Assembly (NCBI GenBank): GCA_037133055.1
Contig: JBAXOY010000009.1
Coordinates: 1 to 42,376, forward strand
Length of the DNA stretch: 42,376 nucleotides
Direction of reading: 5' to 3'
Source of the DNA: Chlamydiota bacterium
Lineage (GTDB): Bacteria; Auribacterota; Tritonobacteria; UBA1439
The translations under genes were made by a program, and so were the position numbers. Every line of letters starts with the position of its first letter. Within the stretch, counting starts at the first letter, position 1. Of this stretch, positions 20,242-28,952 are shown piece after piece. A model generated the notes under the pieces. It was not told where the DNA came from. It saw nothing but the letters and a program-made list of their open reading frames with translations, and made no database searches.

Positions 20242-21126
20242 ATGGATAGAGTTACGAGGGCGATCGTGGGCTTCTATTGGAGGCTGCCGTATACGCCTTT
20301 CAAAGGAATGCTGATAAAGATTTTTAAAGCCTATAGATCCATCAACAGGGGGAGAACTGTCGTCGCATCAATTGACGGAATAACGTATGAACTGGATCTC
20401 AATGAAGGAATTGATTCCGAGATATATTATACGGGGTGTTATAAGGCGGCTACTTCCAAAATCATCACTATGCTCTGCAAGAAAAATTTTACCATCTTGG
20501 ATATCGGGGCAAACATAGGGGCGTATACATTTCGCTTCGCGAAACTGGCAGGTCCGCAAGGGAAGGTGATTGCATTTGAGCCCATGTCATGGGCATTTAC
20601 GAAACTCGAACGAAATAGGGACTTGAATGCCTTGGGCAATGTGTTCCTTGAAAGGTTGGCATTATCAAACAGGAGCAAGGACAATCAGGAGGTCAATTTT
20701 GCATGTAGTTGGCCCATAACCGATGGTGGTGCTTCTCAGCACCCGCTGATTCGTCGCAGCACACTAATGAAGGATGTGACCAATGTTATCACTCTGGATG
20801 ACTATGTGGCGAAAAAGGGGATAGAGAGGATTGATTTGATAAAACTGGACGTTGATGGATATGAACTAAGAGTACTCCAGGGAGCCATCAAAACATTGAA
20901 GTTGCATAAGCCTATTATCTTGATGGAGCTCGCAGTGTATACGATTGAGGAGGTGGGTGACCGCGTAGAGGATTTGTTCTCCCTATTACAGAGTTTGGGA
21001 TACAAGTTTTATAACATACGAGACATGAAGGCATACTCGAGCATCGAAAGCATGATTAGTTCGATTCCAGACAGGGATGCAATCGACGTCATAGTAAGCG
21101 CAACTGAATTAGAATCATTGAATTAG
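20242..21126 (+). CDS. FkbM family methyltransferase
   Basis: LDIGANIG; VIAFEP; ITLDDY; IDLIKLDVDGYELRVLQGA. GGAG upstream of ATG 20242; AT-rich. Confidence 0.9.
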   Translation: MDRVTRAIVGFYWRLPYTPFKGMLIKIFKAYRSINRGRTVVASIDGITYELDLNEGIDSEIYYTGCYKAATSKIITMLCKKNFTILDIGANIGAYTFRFAKLAGPQGKVIAFEPMSWAFTKLERNRDLNALGNVFLERLALSNRSKDNQEVNFACSWPITDGGASQHPLIRRSTLMKDVTNVITLDDYVAKKGIERIDLIKLDVDGYELRVLQGAIKTLKLHKPIILMELAVYTIEEVGDRVEDLFSLLQSLGYKFYNIRDMKAYSSIESMISSIPDRDAIDVIVSATELESLN

Positions 21127-21299
21127 GCTGTCGGCTTTTGAAGGCTTCGCGGCGCGCCTGGCGGCTTTGGCGCTCCTCAAGGCGGATGGGTAAATTTCGA
21201 TATGTTCGCCGAGGGCGCACCATCCAATGCCCCGAGATCATGCTATCCGCCGGCTTCGCAGTGTGCTATTGTTTTACCGGCGCTGGAGGAACCAAGCCT

Positions 21300-21920
21300 A
21301 TGCAACCTGGTACACGGGTACACGATGAGTGGGAAAAACACTGGAAACAGGGCTCCAGGCCCACCCCTCTTGGCGCCTATATCATTCGTGTTAAACACCG
21401 CCATATCAGGAGGCTTCTCGAAGGCAGGCAGATCAGCAGCTGTATTGACGTCGGGTGCGGCAGGGGCGTCTTTCTCAGCGCCCTCTCGCAGATCACCGGG
21501 AATGCCGTGGGGCTCGACGTGTCGCCCACGGCTGTCGCCGCCTGCCGTGCTCGCGGCCTCCATGCCACGGAGGGGGACCTCCTCGAACACCCCCTCACCT
21601 ACGACCTTGTGTTCAGCGACGGACTGATCGAACATTTCGAGGATTTCCGCCCCTACCTTGCCGGCCTTTGCCGCCTCAGCAGGCGCTACCTGATCATCGC
21701 GCAGACCAATCATGCGTCCCCTCTCCTGCAGATGCTTTTTCTCCTGGAACGTCGGCTCAAGCCGGGGGTCAACGTGCCGGAATACCCGCACCGCCTTTCG
21801 GCTTTTATCGACGAATGCGCCGCGCATTCGTTTTTGCTCGTCGGTCAGACGTCAATCCTTTTGGGCGCGCTTAAGGTGCTCTTGTTTGAGAAAACCCCAC
21901 CATGCCCGATGTCGTCCTGA
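21300..21920 (+). CDS. Class I SAM-dependent methyltransferase
   Basis: IDVGCGRG; GLDVS; YDLVFSDGLIEHF. GGAGGA upstream of ATG 21300. Confidence 0.88.
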   Translation: MQPGTRVHDEWEKHWKQGSRPTPLGAYIIRVKHRHIRRLLEGRQISSCIDVGCGRGVFLSALSQITGNAVGLDVSPTAVAACRARGLHATEGDLLEHPLTYDLVFSDGLIEHFEDFRPYLAGLCRLSRRYLIIAQTNHASPLLQMLFLLERRLKPGVNVPEYPHRLSAFIDECAAHSFLLVGQTSILLGALKVLLFEKTPPCPMSS

Positions 21921-23320
21921 TCAATCCGCCATCCTCCGCATCCAACCCGACGCTGCCGCTCGGCCTCGCCTCCATCGCGGCGGTGCTCCGGGAGCAGGGG
22001 GTCAGCGTTGGAGCCGTCGATGCATGGGCGCTCGGGCTCGGCGAGGAGGGCATCATCGCCTCCCTGCGTCGAAATCCCCCCCGTATCGCCGGCATCACGA
22101 TGATGGCCCCCCGCGCCCCGGCGGCGCTCCGCGTCGCGGCGGCCGTCCGCGAGGCGCTCCCCGAAGTCATGATCGTCGCCGGGGGGCCGCACCCGTCCGC
22201 GGTGCCCAAAGAGCTCATCGCGCACTACCCGTTCCTCGACGCCGCCGTGTTCGGAGAGGGGGAGTTCACCATGCTCGATATCGTCCGGGCGGCCGGAAAG
22301 AGGGCCGGTTTTCCCGGCATCCCGGGCGTCGCGTGGCGCGACGGGGGGGGCGGCGTCGTGGTGAACCAGCCGCGGCCCCTCATCCCGGACCTGGACGCGC
22401 TCCCTCCCCCCGCGCGGGACCTCTTTCCCCTGGATCGTTACCGGATCAACCCGCCATACGGGATGCGGCACCCCTCGGCCACCATGGTCACCATCCGCGG
22501 CTGCCCGTTCCGGTGCATCTACTGCTCGAAGTCCGTGTTCGGACCGACCGTCAGGGCGATGAGCCCGGGAGCGGTAGTGGACGAGGTCGAGCGCCTCACG
22601 CGCACCTACGGGGTCAGGGAAATCAAGTTCTACGACGACGACTTCACCCTCATCATGGACCGGGCGGCGGCGATCTGCGACGAGATCATCCGCCGGGGAA
22701 TAGGGATCTCGTGGTCGTGCACAACGCGCGTGAATCTGGTGAACGAGGCGCTCCTCCGAAAGATGAAAGAAGCGGGATGCTGGCTAATCTCCTACGGGGT
22801 TGAATCCGCCTCCCAGACCATCCTCGACCGGGCCCGCAAGGGATTCAACCTCGGGCAGGTACGCGACGCGTTCCGCTGGACGCGCGCGGCGGAGATCAAG
22901 ATCCACGGCTACTTCATGGTGGGGCTCCCCGGGGAAACGGAGGAGACGCTGAAGGCGACGATCGAACTCGCCAAGGAGCTCGGGCCGGATACGACAAGCT
23001 GGGGGCCGACCACGGTCTATCCCGGCACGCCGCTCTTCATGGAGGTTGCAGAAGGGAAATTCCCGCGGACAAAGATCGAGTCGTACGACCGGAAGGACGG
23101 GGCGCTCGAGAACTACGCCTTCGGCGACGGGCGGTTTCTCCTCCTCGACGACGGAATCCCGCCGGCGGAGCTCGCCCGGACGATGCGCCGCGCCTATCTC
23201 AGCTTCTACCTCCGGCCCCGCTACTTCCTCCAGACGATCAGGAAGATCCGCTCGCTCGCCGATTTTCGCTATTACCTCTTCGCGGGGATCGAGTTCCTGC
23301 GCCAGATGCTCAGGGGGTAG
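21902..23320 (+). CDS. B12-binding radical SAM protein
   Basis: VVLINPP; PLGLASIAA; GGPHPS; TIRGCPFRCIYC; FYDDDFT; YGVES; FYLRPRY. Confidence 0.92.
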   Translation: MPDVVLINPPSSASNPTLPLGLASIAAVLREQGVSVGAVDAWALGLGEEGIIASLRRNPPRIAGITMMAPRAPAALRVAAAVREALPEVMIVAGGPHPSAVPKELIAHYPFLDAAVFGEGEFTMLDIVRAAGKRAGFPGIPGVAWRDGGGGVVVNQPRPLIPDLDALPPPARDLFPLDRYRINPPYGMRHPSATMVTIRGCPFRCIYCSKSVFGPTVRAMSPGAVVDEVERLTRTYGVREIKFYDDDFTLIMDRAAAICDEIIRRGIGISWSCTTRVNLVNEALLRKMKEAGCWLISYGVESASQTILDRARKGFNLGQVRDAFRWTRAAEIKIHGYFMVGLPGETEETLKATIELAKELGPDTTSWGPTTVYPGTPLFMEVAEGKFPRTKIESYDRKDGALENYAFGDGRFLLLDDGIPPAELARTMRRAYLSFYLRPRYFLQTIRKIRSLADFRYYLFAGIEFLRQMLRG

Positions 23321-23669
23321 TTTTCTTCCGCTCCTCCATATCCCTTGTCAGCAGCGCCAGTTCCTGCGCCAGGGCGCTGGTCTGCTCGCTCAGCGCCGAG
23401 ACGCGCACCGAGTAATGGATGCAGATGGTGATCAGGAATATGACCGCGGCGAGAAAGAACAGGTTCGGGGTCTGGTGCACGCCGAGGACCCTGCTCAGGA
23501 ACCCGTCAAATGAGACGGGCCGCAGGGCGAGCAGGATGAAGCTCACGCACATCCAGCACCAGAGGAGGCTGTAACGCTCCTTGAGCTTCCGCCTCCGCAC
23601 GAGGTCCAACACGAAGAGTATAATCCCGCAGCTGATGGCGATCGAGATGAGCCGTATCCTGAGATTCAT
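23310..23669 (-). CDS. DUF2304-like small membrane protein
   Basis: LVRRRKLKERYSLLW..LGV..PN..S.LSEQ..LAQELAL. Coupled by ATGA to the upstream GT2, a usual arrangement. Confidence 0.8.
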   Translation of the reverse strand: MNLRIRLISIAISCGIILFVLDLVRRRKLKERYSLLWCWMCVSFILLALRPVSFDGFLSRVLGVHQTPNLFFLAAVIFLITICIHYSVRVSALSEQTSALAQELALLTRDMEERKKTTP

Positions 23670-24370
23670 GATTCTCCCTCCCTGAGCATTTCTATGAGGA
23701 TCGCCAGTATGACCTTCACCATGTAGTAGATCGAGGCGGCGGCGGTGATCGAGGACCTTCCTGCGCTCCTGACGGCCATCCGCACGCCGACCTCCCTCAC
23801 CCTGAACCCCTTCCGGCTGAGCATCACGATCGACTCGACCTCCGGATAGTCGTCCGGGTAACTCCGGGCGAAGAGCGCCGCCACCGCGCGGTTCGCGGCG
23901 AGGAATCCCGAGGTGGGGTCGGTGATCGTCCTCCCCGTGAGGCGCGAAACGATCGCGGCGAGGATCCGTATCCCCGCGGCGCGGGCAAGGGAAGAGCGGA
24001 AGCTCCCGTCGCCGAGCACCCGGGAGCCGATCACGAGATCCGCCTCGCCCGCGGCGAGCGGGACGAGCAGGTCGGGGATCTGGCTCACCTCGTGCTGCCC
24101 GTCCCCGTCGACGCGCACCGTATAGTCGTATCCGCGCCGCGCGGCGAAGCGGTAGCCGGTCTGCACGGCGGCCCCGATGCCGACGTTCCAGGGCAGGTTC
24201 AGCACGATCGCCCCGCGCGCCGCGGCCACCCGGGCCGTCGAGTCGGTGGAGCCGTCGTTCAGCACCAGGATGTCCCTGTACGGCGTCTCGGCGAGAATAC
24301 GGTCGATGACCGCGCCGAGGCTCTCCTCCTCGTTGTACGCAGGGATGATGATAAGCACCCTTGGTTTCAT
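23666..24370 (-). CDS. GT2 glycosyltransferase (DPM1-like)
   Basis: IIIPAYNEE; NDGSTD; VDGDGQH; VIGSR; DPTSGF; DYPEVE. Confidence 0.92.
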   Translation of the reverse strand: MKPRVLIIIPAYNEEESLGAVIDRILAETPYRDILVLNDGSTDSTARVAAARGAIVLNLPWNVGIGAAVQTGYRFAARRGYDYTVRVDGDGQHEVSQIPDLLVPLAAGEADLVIGSRVLGDGSFRSSLARAAGIRILAAIVSRLTGRTITDPTSGFLAANRAVAALFARSYPDDYPEVESIVMLSRKGFRVREVGVRMAVRSAGRSSITAAASIYYMVKVILAILIEMLREGES

Positions 24371-25383
24371 GACCGCTCCCCCCACCAGTTGGGCGCGTAC
24401 AGGCAGCCCCGGCAGACCTCCTGCGTGCGTCCCCGCGCGTCGCCCTCCCTAATCCGGGCGAGGGTTTCGCCGTGCCAGACCTCCGCGATGCCGCGATCCG
24501 CGACGCTCCCGATCGGGGTCCTGATGTCGCAGAAATCACGGCAGCAGAGCCCCACCGTGCCGTCCCACGCGATGAGGAACTGCGTCCAGAGATACGGGCA
24601 CGGGATATGCGGCCGCCGGGGCAGGGCTGCCCCCCCCGGCCTCCGCACCTGCCCGGCCCAATCCTCGGGGGGCTTCACGAAAAAGCGGTCGGCGCAATCG
24701 CGCCACGCAGCGATGATATCCCCGCGCCGGGAGGCGTATTCGTCGAAGAGTATAATCGAGGCGACGACCCTCGGCTTCCGTCCCTCCCCCCTCATGCAAA
24801 GCAGCCCCCGGGCGTTTTCCCTCACCCTGTCGAAATCGAGTCCCACCCGTATACGCGCGTACGATTCCCGGTCCCATCCGTCCACGCTCAACATCACCTC
24901 GTCAATTCCGGAGTCGACCAGGCCACGCGCCTTCTCCCCGTCGAGGAGCGAGGCGTTGGTGGTGAGCTGGACTATTTCGATCCCCTTCTCCTTCGCATAG
25001 CGTATCCGCGCGAAAAGGTCCGCGTCGAGGAGCGGCTCGCCGAAGCCGCTGAGGCGGAGCTCGACCCCCGGATGAAGGGCGCACTCGTCCACGATCTTCC
25101 GGTAGAGCGGCATCGCCATGACGCCCTTCGGCCGCGCCATTGCGGGGTACGGGCACATCGCGCAGCGGGCATTGCAGGCGTTCGTGTTCTCCGCCGCGAC
25201 CACGCGCGGGAACGACGCATTGCGCGCCTTGACGGCGCGGATCTGGCGCGCGAGGAGAAACCGGTACGGCGGGAACGCCCCAAGCGCCCGGCTCCGGAGA
25301 GCGCGGAACGCGAGGCGGGAGAGAACGGGCGAGTACGCGACCCGCTCGGTCAGCCGCTGTCTGAGTCTCGTACCCCTCACCAT
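24367..25383 (-). CDS. Radical SAM protein with SPASM/twitch C-terminal domain
   Basis: CNARCAMC; GFGEPLLD; TTNASLL; CPYLW..IAWDGTVGLCC..IG..CRGC. Confidence 0.88.
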   Translation of the reverse strand: MVRGTRLRQRLTERVAYSPVLSRLAFRALRSRALGAFPPYRFLLARQIRAVKARNASFPRVVAAENTNACNARCAMCPYPAMARPKGVMAMPLYRKIVDECALHPGVELRLSGFGEPLLDADLFARIRYAKEKGIEIVQLTTNASLLDGEKARGLVDSGIDEVMLSVDGWDRESYARIRVGLDFDRVRENARGLLCMRGEGRKPRVVASIILFDEYASRRGDIIAAWRDCADRFFVKPPEDWAGQVRRPGGAALPRRPHIPCPYLWTQFLIAWDGTVGLCCRDFCDIRTPIGSVADRGIAEVWHGETLARIREGDARGRTQEVCRGCLYAPNWWGERS

Positions 25384-26378
25384 ACCGGCCCACCGCGCCC
25401 GTGCCTGAACGGCAGCGTGGCGAACGAATAGAGCGCCCTGAACGCGCCCGCCGTCCATCCGACCGTCCTCACGAAGAAGATGAGCAGCATCATCGGGCGG
25501 TGCCTCCGCGCGACGGGAAGCCGAAGCGCGTCCCGGACGTAGAGGGCGAGAAGCATGCCCCATGAGCCCGCGGCCACCCACAGGAAGCGGAGGTCCGCCG
25601 CGGCGAGGACCAGGCAGACCGCCCCGAGACAGAAGAGGGGGATCTGGGAGATCATGGAGAAGGTGGAGATGTGATCGCCCGCGAGTTTCCCCGCGTGCAT
25701 CCGGTACACCCAGAACGCGCCGCGGGCGTATCCCACCTGCTGCCGGAAGAAGCCCGACCACTTCGTCCGGTTGTAGTGGTAGACGACCGCCCGCGGGGTG
25801 TACCGCATCTTCCCGAGTTTCGTGAGGCGGTACCCGAAATCCGTCTCGAGGGCGACCCTGAGCCGCTCGTCAAACCTGACCCTGCGCGCCGCCTCCGTGC
25901 GGACGCAGAGGTTCTGCGTCGGGGATCGCGAGAGGTAGCGGGGGAAACGCGAGTACCGGTTCTCGTTCTCGATCCCGATGAGCGTCGCGAGGAGCGGGAT
26001 CCCCCTTCCCGTGCGCACGAGGCCTGCCGTCGCGACGATCCCCTCCTCCTCGACAAAACCGTCCGCGAGCTCCCTCAGCCAGTCCGGCTCGACGGTACAG
26101 TCGGCGTCGGTGAACGCCACGAGCGGCGTGGCCGCCTCGTCGAGCAGGCGGTTCAGGGCAATCGGGTGGTTCCCCGGCACGCGGAGGATCCGTATCCTTC
26201 CCTCGAACTTCCGGAGGATCTCCCAGGAGCCGTCGGTCGAGAACTGCTCGATGACGAGGATGGTGAAGTCGGGGTACTCGAGCGCGAGGAGCGAGGAGAT
26301 GCACCGCTCGACGATCTCCGCCTTGTTGAATACGGAGGTGACAACCGTGATTGGGGGGAAACGGGTTTCGTCGGCCAT
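25377..26378 (-). CDS. GT2 glycosyltransferase with C-terminal membrane helices
   Basis: ITVVTSVFN; STDGS; FTDADC; RFDE; hydrophobic C-terminus. Confidence 0.88.
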   Translation of the reverse strand: MADETRFPPITVVTSVFNKAEIVERCISSLLALEYPDFTILVIEQFSTDGSWEILRKFEGRIRILRVPGNHPIALNRLLDEAATPLVAFTDADCTVEPDWLRELADGFVEEEGIVATAGLVRTGRGIPLLATLIGIENENRYSRFPRYLSRSPTQNLCVRTEAARRVRFDERLRVALETDFGYRLTKLGKMRYTPRAVVYHYNRTKWSGFFRQQVGYARGAFWVYRMHAGKLAGDHISTFSMISQIPLFCLGAVCLVLAAADLRFLWVAAGSWGMLLALYVRDALRLPVARRHRPMMLLIFFVRTVGWTAGAFRALYSFATLPFRHGRGGPVW

Positions 26379-26410
26379 CGCGCCCTGCTCTTCCTCTCCA
26401 CCAAAGCGCC

Positions 26411-26440
26411 ATGATAGCACAATTCTATCCATCGGGGCAA
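26411..26440 (-). promoter_or_regulatory. Possible promoter in the divergent intergenic region
   Basis: Minus strand TTGCCC-N18-TATCAT with an extended TG. A TATACT on the plus strand at 26491-26496 may serve the divergent gene. Confidence 0.35.
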
Positions 26441-26554
26441 CGCTGCCTCCCGCGGGCAAATATTTTCTGCGCGGGCGAGGGAATCTGATTTATACTTGTG
26501 CCCGTACGGGGACTCGAAGGCACCGGTGAAAGGTGCCGATGGAGATACGTTAGC

Positions 26555-27970
26555 ATGCCCGATGCACGCGGAACCGCCGCCGGGGAAAAGGGCGGCGTCC
26601 TCCTCGTCAACATCCCCTATTCCCACGCCGGGGCGGCCTCGCCGCCGCTCGGCCTCGCCTGCGTCGCCGCCGCGCTCGATCGCTCCGGGACGCGCGTCGG
26701 CCTCCTCGACGCGCACGCCCTCCGCATGGACGAGGAGACCATAGTGTCGCATATCCGGGATTTCGCCCCCGACGCCGTCGGCTTCTCGGTGATGTCCTCG
26801 ATGTTCGCGGCCGCCTCCCGCCTCACCCGCGCCCTCTCGTCCCTCCCCTCGAGGCCCCTCGTCATCTGGGGCGGAGCCCACCCGACCGTCCGCCCGGAGG
26901 AATCGCTGGAGCGCGGCGGGGCCGACCTCGTCGTGCTCGGCGAGGGGGAGATGACCGCGGTCGAACTCGCGCCGCATCTTCGCGGGGGGCCGGAGGCCTG
27001 GCGGCGCATTTCCGGCCTCGCGTTTGAGGCCGGGGGAAAGGTCGAGCTCACCCCGCCCCGGCCGCTCGTCGAGGACCTCGACTCCCTTCCGTTCCCCGCC
27101 TACCACCTCCTCCCGATAGACCGATATGCCACGCTCCATACCGGGACGAAGCGGGCGATCAACATCCTCACCAGCAGGGGATGCCCGGGGAAATGCACCT
27201 TCTGCAGCCGGCGCATCTTCGGCCGGACAGTCCGATTCCGGAGCGTCGGTCGCGTGCTCGACGAGATATCAATGCTCATCTCCGACTACCGGATCGAGGA
27301 GATATGCATCATCGACGATGCCTTCACCGAAGACCGGGAGCGGGTGCTCCGATTCTGCCGTGAGATCCGAGGCCGCGGCCTTTCCTTCCCCTGGCGCCTC
27401 AGCAACGGGGCCCGCGTAGACCGGATCGACGACGAACTGCTCCGCGCGATGCGCACTGCCGGCTGCTACGAGATCGCTTTCGGGGTCGAGTCGGGGGACG
27501 ACGAGGTGTTGCGCAAAATCGGCAAGGAGATCACCACCGCGCAGATTGCCGCCGCCTTCGCCGCCGCGAAACGCGCGGGGCTGGATACCATCGGATTCTT
27601 CATGATCGGGCACCCGTTCGACACGGTCGAGACGATGCGGAAGACCGTGGACCTCGCGATACGGCTCGACCCGACCTACGCCCAGTTCACCATGGCCACG
27701 CCCCTCCCCGGGACGGCGCTCTGGGACTGGGTCGAGCGCCACGGCACGTCGCTTTTCGGCGGCGACGTCGCCCGCCTGGATTTCCTCGGGGGGGCTGCGC
27801 ACTTTGAAACGGCGCAGATCACCCGCGGCGACGTCGAGGCCATGTATCGTTTGGCGTACCGCCGGTTTTATTTCAGGCCCCGGTACCTCTGGAAGAAATT
27901 CCGCTCCCTTCGGTCATGGAGCGACGTCGTCGTCGGGATCAGGGGCCTGGGCTTCCTGAGACGGATCTGA
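26555..27970 (+). CDS. B12-binding radical SAM protein
   Basis: PPLGLACVAA; GGAHPT; GEGE; TSRGCPGKCTFC; IDDAFT; FGVESG; FYFRPRY. GGAG upstream of ATG 26555. Confidence 0.92.
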   Translation: MPDARGTAAGEKGGVLLVNIPYSHAGAASPPLGLACVAAALDRSGTRVGLLDAHALRMDEETIVSHIRDFAPDAVGFSVMSSMFAAASRLTRALSSLPSRPLVIWGGAHPTVRPEESLERGGADLVVLGEGEMTAVELAPHLRGGPEAWRRISGLAFEAGGKVELTPPRPLVEDLDSLPFPAYHLLPIDRYATLHTGTKRAINILTSRGCPGKCTFCSRRIFGRTVRFRSVGRVLDEISMLISDYRIEEICIIDDAFTEDRERVLRFCREIRGRGLSFPWRLSNGARVDRIDDELLRAMRTAGCYEIAFGVESGDDEVLRKIGKEITTAQIAAAFAAAKRAGLDTIGFFMIGHPFDTVETMRKTVDLAIRLDPTYAQFTMATPLPGTALWDWVERHGTSLFGGDVARLDFLGGAAHFETAQITRGDVEAMYRLAYRRFYFRPRYLWKKFRSLRSWSDVVVGIRGLGFLRRI

Positions 27971-27973
27971 GCC

Positions 27974-28873
27974 ATGGGACACGACCATTCAGGCCGCGGA
28001 ACCCCCGGTGAAGCGCATGGCCCGGGCCGCACCCCTGCCGTGTGCGTGACGCTCGACCTCGAGGCGGACTACGCCGGGATGACGGGGGGGGACTGTCACG
28101 CGAGCCTCGACCGCACCGCTGACTTCGAGCGCCTCGTCCGCGACTCCGGCGTGCGATTGACGACGTTCGTCACCGGCTTCATCCTCGATAATGATTTCCC
28201 CGTCCTCTCCCGCCTGAAGGCGCTCGGGTCGCGTTTTGAGACGCACACCTACAGCCACCCGCTCGCCCGCCCCGCGGCGGAGAAGATCCCCGACATCAGG
28301 CGCGGGATCGAAGCGTACGCGCGCTATTTCGGCGCGCGCCCCCGCGGCTACCGGGCCCCGCAGGGGCTCATCTCGATGGAGGAGGTGCAGGCCCTCGCGG
28401 GAGAGGGGATCGCCTACAGCTCGTCGATATTCCCCGCGTGGCTCCCGGGGCGCTACAACAACCTCCGCTTCCCCACGGGCCCGTTCGTCTACCGCGAGGC
28501 GGGCCTGCTCGAGATTCCGATGGCGGTCATTCCCCGCATCCGCGTACCCGTCACCGCGAGCCACGTGAACCTGCTCGGCTGGCCGCTCTACCGGCTGCTC
28601 TTCGCCGCCTTCGGATACCCGCCGCTCCTGAACATCTGCACGCACCTGTACGATTTCGCGGATGTCGACTCCTACGCGCGGCTCCCCATGAAGGAAAAGA
28701 TCGGGTACTCGAGGATGCGCAGGATGGGGGACAAGACACGGGGCTTCGCGGCGCTGCTCCGCCACCTTGCCTCGCGCGGCTACCGGTTTGCGTACCTCGG
28801 CGACGTCGCCGCGGAGATCACCCGCGCCGACGGCGCCCCGCGCTGGTCGCCGCGCACGACATTAACGCGCTGA
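27974..28873 (+). CDS. Polysaccharide deacetylase (NodB/CE4-like), paralog of 16819..17631
   Basis: VTLDLE; ETHTYSH; GYRAP; YSSSIFP; LLEIP. Confidence 0.88.
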   Translation: MGHDHSGRGTPGEAHGPGRTPAVCVTLDLEADYAGMTGGDCHASLDRTADFERLVRDSGVRLTTFVTGFILDNDFPVLSRLKALGSRFETHTYSHPLARPAAEKIPDIRRGIEAYARYFGARPRGYRAPQGLISMEEVQALAGEGIAYSSSIFPAWLPGRYNNLRFPTGPFVYREAGLLEIPMAVIPRIRVPVTASHVNLLGWPLYRLLFAAFGYPPLLNICTHLYDFADVDSYARLPMKEKIGYSRMRRMGDKTRGFAALLRHLASRGYRFAYLGDVAAEITRADGAPRWSPRTTLTR

Positions 28874-28884
28874 TGTTTGGACGC

Positions 28885-28939
28885 GGATTGTCAGGATCGT
28901 CAGGATTTTCGCGGTTGCAATGAAGTATCCTGTCAATCC
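28885..28939. repeat. Imperfect inverted repeat between convergent genes (REP-like or terminator)
   Basis: GGATTGTCAGGAT (28885-28897) and ATCCTGTCAATCC (28927-28939) are complementary at 12 of 13 positions. Confidence 0.6.
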
Positions 28940-28952
28940 TCACGATCTGCGT

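Noticed and set aside
23670..24539. 409-aa version of the DUF2304 ORF
   Set aside because: The extension overlaps the GT2 in another frame; the real start is the coupled ATG at 23669.
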